Below are positions 1 to 7,555 of a DNA stretch of 64,000 nt, in pieces. Position numbers and translations under genes: made by a program. Under the pieces are notes generated by a model. The model worked only from the letters and a program-made list of their open reading frames with translations. It was not told the origin of the DNA and did no database searches. Origin of the DNA: an uncultured Isosphaeraceae bacterium (GTDB lineage: Bacteria > Planctomycetota > Phycisphaerae > Phycisphaerales > SM1A02). The stretch is taken from contig CAYZSH010000001.1 of assembly GCA_964481025.1 (NCBI GenBank), positions 2,714 through 66,713 of the forward strand, read 5' to 3'. Numbering within the stretch: the first letter of the stretch is position 1; every line of letters starts with the position of its first letter.

Positions 1-845
1 ACATCGGGACGCCGGGCCGGCCGCGGCGGTGCCGGGTCCTTCCGAGCGCTCGACGCGGTTCGCCCCGCGGTACCGGTCGACGCCATCGCGGGAAGTCGTC
101 GAATCTCGATCGGGCCGAGCGCCCGCTCGACCGTCAGTCGCTCGATGGTCGCACCGTCGGGGCCGAAGATCACGCGCAGATCCTCGCCCTCGAAGAACGC
201 TTCCGCGGTCCGGACGCGAATGCGGCCCGGGCTGTCGAGTCGCCCGCTCGCCGCGTCGTACTCGGCGACCTCGGCCTCGATCTCGACCGAGGGCACCCGC
301 TCGTCGCCCTGCCGGGTCGCGACGTCGGCCTCGAAGATCCGGATCCGCACGTCGCCTTCGAGCCGTCCCGACTCGATCGCCCGCTCCGGGACCCGGAGCG
401 TGCCGTCCCGCGCGGTCATCTCGACGAGTCGTCCGTTCTCCGGATGGAACCGCGCCCACGGCGTGGTCATCGCGATCCACTCGTCGGGAAGCGGATCGAT
501 GCGGGCGGCGCCGTACTCCTGCGCCAGACGCCCCTGCTCGTCCGCGACCTGCACCGACGCACCTTCACGCAGACTGGCGATGGTGTCCCGATCGATATCG
601 GTCGCGGGCGTCTGCAGTTCCTCGTCGGTCGGCGACGCGGGCACCACGATGCGATCGAGGTCCACGAGTCGCCTGCGAGTCGTCGTCTCCGCGGTGCGAT
701 CCAGACGCCAGACCATCGCCACGAGCACGATCGCGGCGAGCGTGCCGATCGCGATGAGCAGCAGCGGACGACGATCAACCTCGCCGCGGGCGCCGCCACG
801 AAGGCCGCGGGTTCGAACTCGGGTTCCGATCTTCGGGTCCGCCAT
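1..845 (-). CDS. LptC/OstA-like periplasmic LPS-transport protein with N-terminal membrane anchor (3' end runs off the window)
   Basis: Hand translation of the minus strand from ATG at 845 gives MADPKIGTRVRTRGLRGGARGEVDRRPLLLIAIGTLAAIVLVAMVWRLDRTAETTTRRRLVDLDRIVVPASPTDEELQTPATDIDRDTIASL... and stays open to base 1. It is absent from the ORF track because no stop lies in the window. It has a single TM helix followed by a beta-rich periplasmic region, and it lies directly downstream of kdsC, where lptC sits in many Gram-negatives. The functional call rests on context and architecture only. Confidence 0.55.
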   Translation of the reverse strand, partial: MADPKIGTRVRTRGLRGGARGEVDRRPLLLIAIGTLAAIVLVAMVWRLDRTAETTTRRRLVDLDRIVVPASPTDEELQTPATDIDRDTIASLREGASVQVADEQGRLAQEYGAARIDPLPDEWIAMTTPWARFHPENGRLVEMTARDGTLRVPERAIESGRLEGDVRIRIFEADVATRQGDERVPSVEIEAEVAEYDAASGRLDSPGRIRVRTAEAFFEGEDLRVIFGPDGATIERLTVERALGPIEIRRLPAMASTGTAGRTASSARKDPAPPRPARRPD

Positions 846-1154
846 GACCGCCTCCAGTGACCGGCATCCTGCCGTGGAACGGGACCGGATCTCGGCGACG
901 CGGGCACCACGATGCGATCGAGGTCCACGAGTCGCCTGCGAGTCGTCGTCTCCGCGGTGCGATCCAGACGCCAGACCATCGCCACGAGCACGATCGCGGC
1001 GAGCGTGCCGATCGCGATGAGCAGCAGCGGACGACGATCAACCTCGCCGCGGGCGCCGCCACGAAGGCCGCGGGTTCGAACTCGGGTTCCGATCTTCGGG
1101 TCCGCCATGACCGCCTCCAGTGACCGGCATCCTGCCGTGGAACGGGACCGGATC
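629..1154. repeat. Perfect tandem duplication, 2 x 263 bp (629-891 and 892-1154)
   Basis: Base-by-base comparison shows the two units are identical. Identity breaks at 628/891 on the left and at 892/1155 on the right. The ORF track also shows identical peptide tails in ORFs 444..860 and 857..1123. Confidence 0.95.
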
Positions 1155-1158
1155 GGCG

Positions 1159-1683
1159 TCAAGTCCGATCCTCGAAGTGCGCGACCGCGTCAGCCCAGGC
1201 GCCGCGGGCACGAAGCAGATGCTCCACGACCTCGCGCACCGCCCCACGACCGCCGGGCTGGGACGTCACCCAGGCCGCGACCGCGATCACTTCAGGTGCC
1301 GCGTCTCGCACGGCCACAGGGTATCCGCACCGCGCGAGCACCGGCAGGTCAGGCAGGTCGTCGCCGACCATCGCCGCCTCGCTCGCGGTCATGCCGAGTT
1401 CGGCGAGCAGACCTTCGAACGCCTCGCCCTTCCGCTCGATGCCGCTGAGCACGCGGTCGATGCCGAGTTCCTCGGCCCTCCGTCGCACCGCCTGCCCCGA
1501 ACGACCGGTGATGATCGCCACCGTGCCCCCCGCCCGCTGCCACGCCCGAAGGCCGGTGCCGTCGCGGACGAAGAACCGCTTGGTCTCCACGCCATGGTCG
1601 TCGAGCAGGATGGAACCATCGGTGAGCACGCCGTCCACATCGAGACAGAGCAGGCGGATGGCGGCAGGATCGGCGTTGGACAT
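1159..1683 (-). CDS. kdsC: 3-deoxy-D-manno-octulosonate 8-phosphate (KDO-8-P) phosphatase, HAD superfamily
   Basis: 174 aa. It has the HAD motif I LDVDGVLTDG, ITGR, and GDDLPDLP (motif IV). Length and motif spacing are typical of KdsC. Confidence 0.85.
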   Translation of the reverse strand: MSNADPAAIRLLCLDVDGVLTDGSILLDDHGVETKRFFVRDGTGLRAWQRAGGTVAIITGRSGQAVRRRAEELGIDRVLSGIERKGEAFEGLLAELGMTASEAAMVGDDLPDLPVLARCGYPVAVRDAAPEVIAVAAWVTSQPGGRGAVREVVEHLLRARGAWADAVAHFEDRT

Positions 1684-1744
1684 GCCGCGGATCCTACCGC
1701 GAGCGATGCTCGGCCCGGGCGTGTCGCGACCGCGATCACCGACC

Positions 1745-2626
1745 TCAGGCGGCGAGTCTGCGATGTCGAGCGAGCGTGTCCGCGAGATCCTCGAGGTGCG
1801 AACCGATCGCCTCGACGAACGCCGGCCGGCGAAGCGGATCGGGATGAACCGCCTTGAGCACGAGTCGCCGAAGCGGCGCGTGCACCCCGGCCCTGGTCAG
1901 TTCCAGTTCCCAGGACTCGTGCCGATCGCGTCGAGCGGACGCCGACTCACCGGGAACGTACGAGGACAGCGGCCCCCGCAGCAGAACCGCCGCCAGCGTG
2001 GCCCCCAGGCCGAAGACATCGGTCCGCGGCGTCGCGACGCCGCCATCGAGTCGTTCGGGCGCGACGTATGGATGGGCCACCGAGCCGATCTCGTACCGCG
2101 TCCCGGCCCGGACCGCGTGACCGAACGAGATGATCGACGGATGGTCGCGTCCGTCCACCACGACGTGTCGCGGCCGAAGATCGCCGTGCACGTAACCCCG
2201 CTCGTGCACGTGCGACAGGGCACGACAGGCCGCGGACATCGTGCGGCACAACGTCGGCAGATCGGGCGATTCCCAGCGATCGAGCGTGGCGCCGTCGATG
2301 AAGCGGAGCAGGACCGCGGTCGCGCTGGTGCGCAACCCCGCTCGCTCGCGTCGCCATCCCAGCGAACGACGGATGCCGGGATGATCGAGTGCGCGAAGAA
2401 TGCGATGCTCGTGTTCGAGACGCGCGGCGACCTCGCGATCCGGGCAGTCCGCGGCGGCATGCTTCACCGCCGCGAGGTCGCCTCGCACCGCATCCGCGCC
2501 GAGATCGACGCCCCGCCGGTCGTCGCCCGAGAGTCTGGCCAGCATCCGGAGTCCGAATCGACCCGTTCCCGGGCGAAGCGGTTCCTCCGCACACACCGTG
2601 TCCTGCCACTGATCGCTGAACAACAT
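1745..2626 (-). CDS. Ser/Thr protein kinase-like protein with degenerate catalytic motifs (possible pseudokinase)
   Basis: This is the C-terminal 293 aa of track ORF 1745..3700. I placed the start at ATG 2626 because the upstream part of that ORF overlaps the CPBP protease gene in another frame. Kinase landmarks are AAVKH (VAIK-like), EHEHRILRAL (alpha-C Glu), YVHGDLRPRHVVV (HRDLKPxN-like), SFG in place of DFG, and YVAPER (APE). Confidence 0.7.
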   Translation of the reverse strand: MLFSDQWQDTVCAEEPLRPGTGRFGLRMLARLSGDDRRGVDLGADAVRGDLAAVKHAAADCPDREVAARLEHEHRILRALDHPGIRRSLGWRRERAGLRTSATAVLLRFIDGATLDRWESPDLPTLCRTMSAACRALSHVHERGYVHGDLRPRHVVVDGRDHPSIISFGHAVRAGTRYEIGSVAHPYVAPERLDGGVATPRTDVFGLGATLAAVLLRGPLSSYVPGESASARRDRHESWELELTRAGVHAPLRRLVLKAVHPDPLRRPAFVEAIGSHLEDLADTLARHRRLAA

Positions 2627-2802
2627 GCGCTCCACCGCGGGACCGGCACCACCGCCGGACCGCCCCCAGTGGCGGAACCTTCCGATTCGAAACGCGCGAA
2701 CACCAGCGTCCCCCGGAGAAACGGGGCGAGAACCGGGACGCGTCGCGCGGATCGAGAGGATCGTGTCGATGCTGCGGATCGTGAGGGATGCACCGACCGG
2801 CG

Positions 2803-3546
2803 TCAGCCGCGCATCGCGGCGAGGGTCTCGACCAGCACGTCGTAGGCGACGTGCGTGCCGGCGGCGACTCCGAACTCCCGCAGCACGTAGACCAGCGAGA
2901 AGAAGACCCCGCTCCCGAAGTAGAAGATCAGGCGGACGGGATCGGTCGCGCCGTGCGCGATCATGAAGAGGCCGCTCGAGACCACCACCGCGATGCCGGT
3001 GGCGGTTCGATCGGACACGCGCAGACCATCGGCGAGGATCGCATGGATCGTCGCGATGATGATCCAGCGGAACAGGAACTCCTCGTACAGGCCGGCACCG
3101 ACCGACATCACGATCCGATCGAGCAGTCCGCTCGCCGGTTGTTCGACGGCCTGCGCGGCCACCCCGCCGTTGGCGAGCAGCGTGGCGAAGAGGATCAGCG
3201 GAAACGCGAGCGCCACCGACTCGACCGCCATCACCAGCGTGGTCGGCCAGTGGACCGTCCACGACCGACGCGCGAGAACCTGCCAGGACAGCAACGCCAC
3301 CACCACGAGGATGGCGGGAATCGCCGAACCCGCGGTCGCGAGGCCCATCGCCTCGAACGCCTCCTCGACCTTCCGATACGCGAGGAGTCGCGGCTGCGCC
3401 CCGCCGCCACGGGCAGCGAGGAAGAGTCCGATCTCGTAGATCGCGACCAGCGGGAGGACGAACACGAGAATCTGCAACGGCTCGCGCGATCGTTCCCAGT
3501 ACGGCCCGATCATCGAGGACTCGGGCGGTGACGCCGGTCGGCTCAT
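2803..3546 (-). CDS. CPBP family intramembrane glutamic endopeptidase (CAAX protease-like)
   Basis: 247 aa polytopic membrane protein with the EEFLFRW (EExxxR) motif, a downstream FMIAHG and a C-terminal THVAYD His motif. Confidence 0.85.
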   Translation of the reverse strand: MSRPASPPESSMIGPYWERSREPLQILVFVLPLVAIYEIGLFLAARGGGAQPRLLAYRKVEEAFEAMGLATAGSAIPAILVVVALLSWQVLARRSWTVHWPTTLVMAVESVALAFPLILFATLLANGGVAAQAVEQPASGLLDRIVMSVGAGLYEEFLFRWIIIATIHAILADGLRVSDRTATGIAVVVSSGLFMIAHGATDPVRLIFYFGSGVFFSLVYVLREFGVAAGTHVAYDVLVETLAAMRG

Positions 3547-3736
3547 GCGGACGCCTCGATCGCCACGCGGTCAGCGATGTCGCGGCGTCGCCCGCGCAGC
3601 GACACGACGACGCCGAGGGCGTCGTCGTGTCGGTGGTGTTTCCATGTCGATCCGTCCGCGACCATCGGCGTCTTCCGTGGCCCGAGGTGCCGACGAGCAC
3701 GCCGGCGCGGAAGGTGCCACCTCAGGCGCGATGGAC

Positions 3737-4009
3737 TCAGGCCGCGGCCTTGAGCTCGCGGAGGCGGCGGGAGAGCCGGCTCTTCCGGCGAGCCGCGGTG
3801 TTGCGGTGGATCGTGCCGGTGCAGGCGATGCGATCGAGGACCGCCTGGACCTTGCGGAACTCGGTCTCGGCCGCCGCGACGTCCTTCGCCTGGAGGGCGG
3901 TGAGGAAGTTCTTGATCTGGGTCTTGACGCGACGCTTCCGCCAGTTGTTGAGAGCGCGACGCTTCTCGTTCTGACGGACCCGCTTCTTGGCTGATTCGGT
4001 GTTCGGCAC
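3737..4009 (-). CDS. rpsT: 30S ribosomal protein S20
   Basis: 90 aa. MPNTESAKKRVRQNEKRRALNNWRKRRVKTQIK... is a typical S20 N-terminus, and the size is right. Confidence 0.95.
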   Translation of the reverse strand: MPNTESAKKRVRQNEKRRALNNWRKRRVKTQIKNFLTALQAKDVAAAETEFRKVQAVLDRIACTGTIHRNTAARRKSRLSRRLRELKAAA

Positions 4010-4169
4010 GAGGCCTGCTCCGGTCTGAGGTGCGAATCGGTCATTATCCTCGTTCCCGGCGAGGATGCAACCCCCCTACCGCCCGGTTCGGGACATTCCG
4101 TGGACCGCCCCGAAGAATCGCGCGAGTTTCGCCTTTCGGCCGCCCGGCCATCCTCCTAGCATCGTGGCC

Positions 4170-5417
4170 ATGGCGTCCCCCCTGGCCCAACCCGTCGCTG
4201 CCGCCGCCGCGGATCGGCATGCGGACACCCGGACCGCGGCCTGGGGGCTGGCCGAACGTCTGGCGGCCGATCTGGCCCAACCGCCCGCGGTCACCGTGGT
4301 GGTGGCTTCCTTCCATCACGCGGCGGCCCTTCCCGAGGCGATCCGGATCATCCGCGAGACGACCGGGTCCGGGTCCATCCTCGGGATCACCGCCTGCGGC
4401 GTGCTCTCGGACCGGAGCGAGCACCACAGCGGGCCCACCATCGCCGCCTTCGGTCTCGGCGGCCCGGGCATCCGAGCCAACGCCTTCGCCTTCGACCATC
4501 TGGACGGCCCGCCCGACGTCTGGAGCCGACAACTGGTCCGCAGCCGCCTCCGGCTCGCATCGCCACCGCGACTGGTCGGGCTCTTCGGAGATCCGTTCAG
4601 CCCCGGATCCGCCAGCCTGCCCCGAGCGGTCGAGGCGGCGGTCCCGACCGGGACACCGCTGACCGGCGGCCTGGTCTCGGGCGGAAGCCAGCCGGGCACG
4701 AACGTGCTGGTCGCGGACGATCGCGTGCTGACCGGCGGGACCGTCGGTTTCACGCTCGAGGGCGGGGTCGTGGCCACCCCGATCGTCGCCCATGCGGGGC
4801 GGGGGGTCGGGCCACTGCTGATCGTGACCGCCACGAGCAACGGGACGGTGATGGAACTCTCCGGCCAACCCGCCGCGGAAGTCCTCGAGGAGGTGCTCTC
4901 CTCGCTCCCCACCTCGGATCGAAACCGACTCCGCGGGCGGCCGATGATCGGCATCGCCGCGGATGCGGGCAAATCACCGCTCGGCCGCGGCGACTACCTG
5001 ATCCGGCCGATCGCGACGATCGATCCGATCCGAGGCGGCCTCCTGGTGCCCGGCGGCATCGCCCGAGGCAGTTCCGTCCGTTTTCAGGTCGTGGACGGCG
5101 ACACCGAACGCCAGGATCTGGCGATGGCCCTCGACCTCGCCCTGCTCGATGAACGCCCGATCCTCGGCGTGCTCGCCGCCAGCAGCGCGGGCCGCGGCCC
5201 GGGCCTGCTCGGGGCCGACACGCATGACGCCGCCCGTCTGCACGGTCGGCTCGGCGGTCCGCCGCTGGTCGGACTCGTGACCGCGGCCGAGGTCGCACCG
5301 ATCGGCGGACGACATCGGCTCGCCGGTCTGGGCCTTTCGGCGGTCGCGCTTCGCCCCGCTCCCGACCGCTGGGGACCGGGATCCGAGCGACGGGACGCCG
5401 CCGATGCCGGCGACTGA
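4170..5417 (+). CDS. FIST domain (FIST_N + FIST_C) sensory protein
   Basis: Track ORF 4065..5417. I chose the internal ATG at 4170 (MASPLAQPVAAAA...). The layout is FIST-like: VVVASFHHAAALPEAIRIIRE..GITACGVLS, then ..GGLVSGGSQPGTNVLVADDRVLTGGTVGFTLEG.., then a C-terminal GLVTAAEVAP. Confidence 0.78.
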   Translation: MASPLAQPVAAAAADRHADTRTAAWGLAERLAADLAQPPAVTVVVASFHHAAALPEAIRIIRETTGSGSILGITACGVLSDRSEHHSGPTIAAFGLGGPGIRANAFAFDHLDGPPDVWSRQLVRSRLRLASPPRLVGLFGDPFSPGSASLPRAVEAAVPTGTPLTGGLVSGGSQPGTNVLVADDRVLTGGTVGFTLEGGVVATPIVAHAGRGVGPLLIVTATSNGTVMELSGQPAAEVLEEVLSSLPTSDRNRLRGRPMIGIAADAGKSPLGRGDYLIRPIATIDPIRGGLLVPGGIARGSSVRFQVVDGDTERQDLAMALDLALLDERPILGVLAASSAGRGPGLLGADTHDAARLHGRLGGPPLVGLVTAAEVAPIGGRHRLAGLGLSAVALRPAPDRWGPGSERRDAADAGD

Positions 5418-5600
5418 ATCCCAAAGCGGGGCCATTCGGTAGAAGACGGTCCCGACGATGCTGATCCAGCCCGTCGAGGGCGACCGATAAGCCGAAAGAA
5501 TGCGACTTTCGATTCCCGATCATCCCCCCGGAGGCGTCCTCCGGGAGACTGGGAACGAACCCCGCTCGACCGCGGCCGCCGGCCGCGCCCGGAGACGTGC

Positions 5601-7268
5601 ATGGGACTCGGGACGATTCTGGTTGAACGCGGACTGATCACCGAGCAGGAGCTCGATGAGGCGATCCGCGAACAGAAGCGCACCGGGGAACGCCTCGATC
5701 ACGTGCTGGTTCGACTCGGCCACGTCGAGGCCGATCGCGTGCTGGAGGCGATCGGTCGGCAGTTCGACATGCCGATCGTCGATCTCTCCGAACTCACCGT
5801 CGATGAGGAGACGCTGCGGATCCTGCCGTCGCGTCTGGTGTTCAAGCAGCTCTGCGTGCCGATCCGGCGAAGCGGAAGCACCCTGCAGGTCGCGACCTGC
5901 GATCCGTTCGAGCTCAGTGCGTTCGACGAACTCCGACTCCTGACCGGCATGGGCGTGGAACTCGTGCTGGCGGACGAGCGGGACCTTCGCAAGTTCATCC
6001 GCGCCCACTACGGGGTCGCGGGTGACACGCTCGACGCGCTGGGCGGCGAGGACACGACCGCGGAGTCCGGGGTCGAGTCGCTCGACGGCGAACTCGACGC
6101 GGCCGAGGAGGCGAGCGTCATCAAGCTCGTCAACGACCTGCTGCTGGAGGCGATCCGGGAGCGGGCGACCGACATCCACATCGAGCCGTACGAGGACGAA
6201 CTCTCGATCCGCTACCGCATCGACGGCGTGCTCGGTGAAGCGGGCGTGCCTCCGACCGTCAACCGGTTCCGCAACGCGATCGTGAGTCGCCTGAAGATCA
6301 TGGCGAACCTGAACATCGCCGAGAAGCGGAAGCCGCAGGACGGACGCATCACGCTTCGTCACAAGGGACGCGAGTTCGACCTGCGAGTCTCGATCATCCC
6401 CATGATGTTCGGCGAGGGCGTGGTGCTCCGCGTGCTCGACAACGCCGCGGCCCGGCTCGGACTGGACGATCTGGGCTTCCCCGGACCGGTCCTCGATCGC
6501 TGGGACGATCTGATCGCCCGCCCCCACGGCATCCTTCTGGTGACCGGCCCGACCGGCAGCGGCAAGAGCACCACGCTCTACGCGTCGCTCAACCGGATCG
6601 TCAGCGACGCCGTCAAGGCGATCACGGTCGAGGATCCGGTCGAATACAACGTCGAAGGGGTCAACCAGATCCAGGTCAATCATCAGACCGGGCTGACGTT
6701 CGCGGAAGGTCTCCGCGCGATCCTGCGCCACGACCCCGACATCATCATGATCGGCGAGATCCGCGATCGCGAGACCGCGGAAGCCGCCATCCAGGCCTCG
6801 CTCACCGGCCACCTCGTCTTCTCGACCCTGCACACCAACGACTCGTCGGGCGCGCCGACCAGACTGCTCGACATGGGCGTGGAACCGTTCCTGGTGTCCT
6901 CGAGTCTCGAAGGCGTGCTCGCCCAGCGACTGGTCCGACGGCTCTGCCCGCATTGCGGACGCCGCCGAGAGATCGCCCCCAACGAGATCCCTGCCGGACT
7001 CCCGACCCCCGCGGACGGGCTGGTCCCGGAGGCCGTGGGCTGCCGCGAGTGCCGCCGGACGGGCTTCCGCGGGCGGATGGGCGTGTTCGAACTGCTTCGC
7101 CTCACCGATCCGCTTCGCGAGATGGTCACGGCCCGGGCGGATTCCGCCAGCCTTCGACGTCGCGCCGCGGAGCTCGGGGAGCTGCTCCCCCTGCGGGATG
7201 CCGCCTGGTCACGGGTGCTCGACGGGCTCACCACCCCCACCGAGGCGATGCGGGTCGTCGGTCTCTGA
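5601..7268 (+). CDS. GspE/PilB-family secretion ATPase (type II secretion / type IV pilus assembly ATPase)
   Basis: 555 aa with Walker A GPTGSGKST, Asp box, Walker B DPDIIMIGEIRD, His box TGHLVFSTLHTN, the tetracysteine CPHC...CRECRRTG, and an N-terminal T2SSE_N-type domain. Confidence 0.95.
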   Translation: MGLGTILVERGLITEQELDEAIREQKRTGERLDHVLVRLGHVEADRVLEAIGRQFDMPIVDLSELTVDEETLRILPSRLVFKQLCVPIRRSGSTLQVATCDPFELSAFDELRLLTGMGVELVLADERDLRKFIRAHYGVAGDTLDALGGEDTTAESGVESLDGELDAAEEASVIKLVNDLLLEAIRERATDIHIEPYEDELSIRYRIDGVLGEAGVPPTVNRFRNAIVSRLKIMANLNIAEKRKPQDGRITLRHKGREFDLRVSIIPMMFGEGVVLRVLDNAAARLGLDDLGFPGPVLDRWDDLIARPHGILLVTGPTGSGKSTTLYASLNRIVSDAVKAITVEDPVEYNVEGVNQIQVNHQTGLTFAEGLRAILRHDPDIIMIGEIRDRETAEAAIQASLTGHLVFSTLHTNDSSGAPTRLLDMGVEPFLVSSSLEGVLAQRLVRRLCPHCGRRREIAPNEIPAGLPTPADGLVPEAVGCRECRRTGFRGRMGVFELLRLTDPLREMVTARADSASLRRRAAELGELLPLRDAAWSRVLDGLTTPTEAMRVVGL

Positions 7269-7555
7269 CCGGCGATCCCGGCCGCCGGCGGACCGCCGGC
7301 GGCCCGACCAAGACGATCGACGGGAACCCCACGACGGCCTCCCGCGAATGCCTGCGCTTGACGGGAGACGGAAGTGCCCGGACACTGATCGTCTTGCGAC
7401 GGGTTCGCCCGTCCAATCCAGTCCTCGTCGCCCCCGAGCTCCGTCCCGGACGCTCGGATCAGGCGTCGAGATCCTCAGGCCCCGATTGGCCCCGAGATCC
7501 GCCCCGAGACCGCCGCTACAAGGCATGCAGCCGACGCGGCGTGGAGATTCCGACG

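Noticed and set aside
467-1162. 231-aa minus-strand ORF reported in the track
   Set aside because: It is a chimera created by the 263-bp tandem duplication. The first roughly 90 aa are the upstream leader plus a genuine LptC-like N-terminus. It then reads out of frame through copy 1, giving Arg/Cys/Ser-rich nonsense. The intact gene starts at 845 and runs off the window.
1745-3700. Single 651-aa kinase ORF
   Set aside because: The N-terminal 358 codons overlap the well-supported CPBP protease gene (2803..3546) in another frame and are Arg/Gly-rich. The kinase-like domain begins about 20 aa after the Met at 2626.
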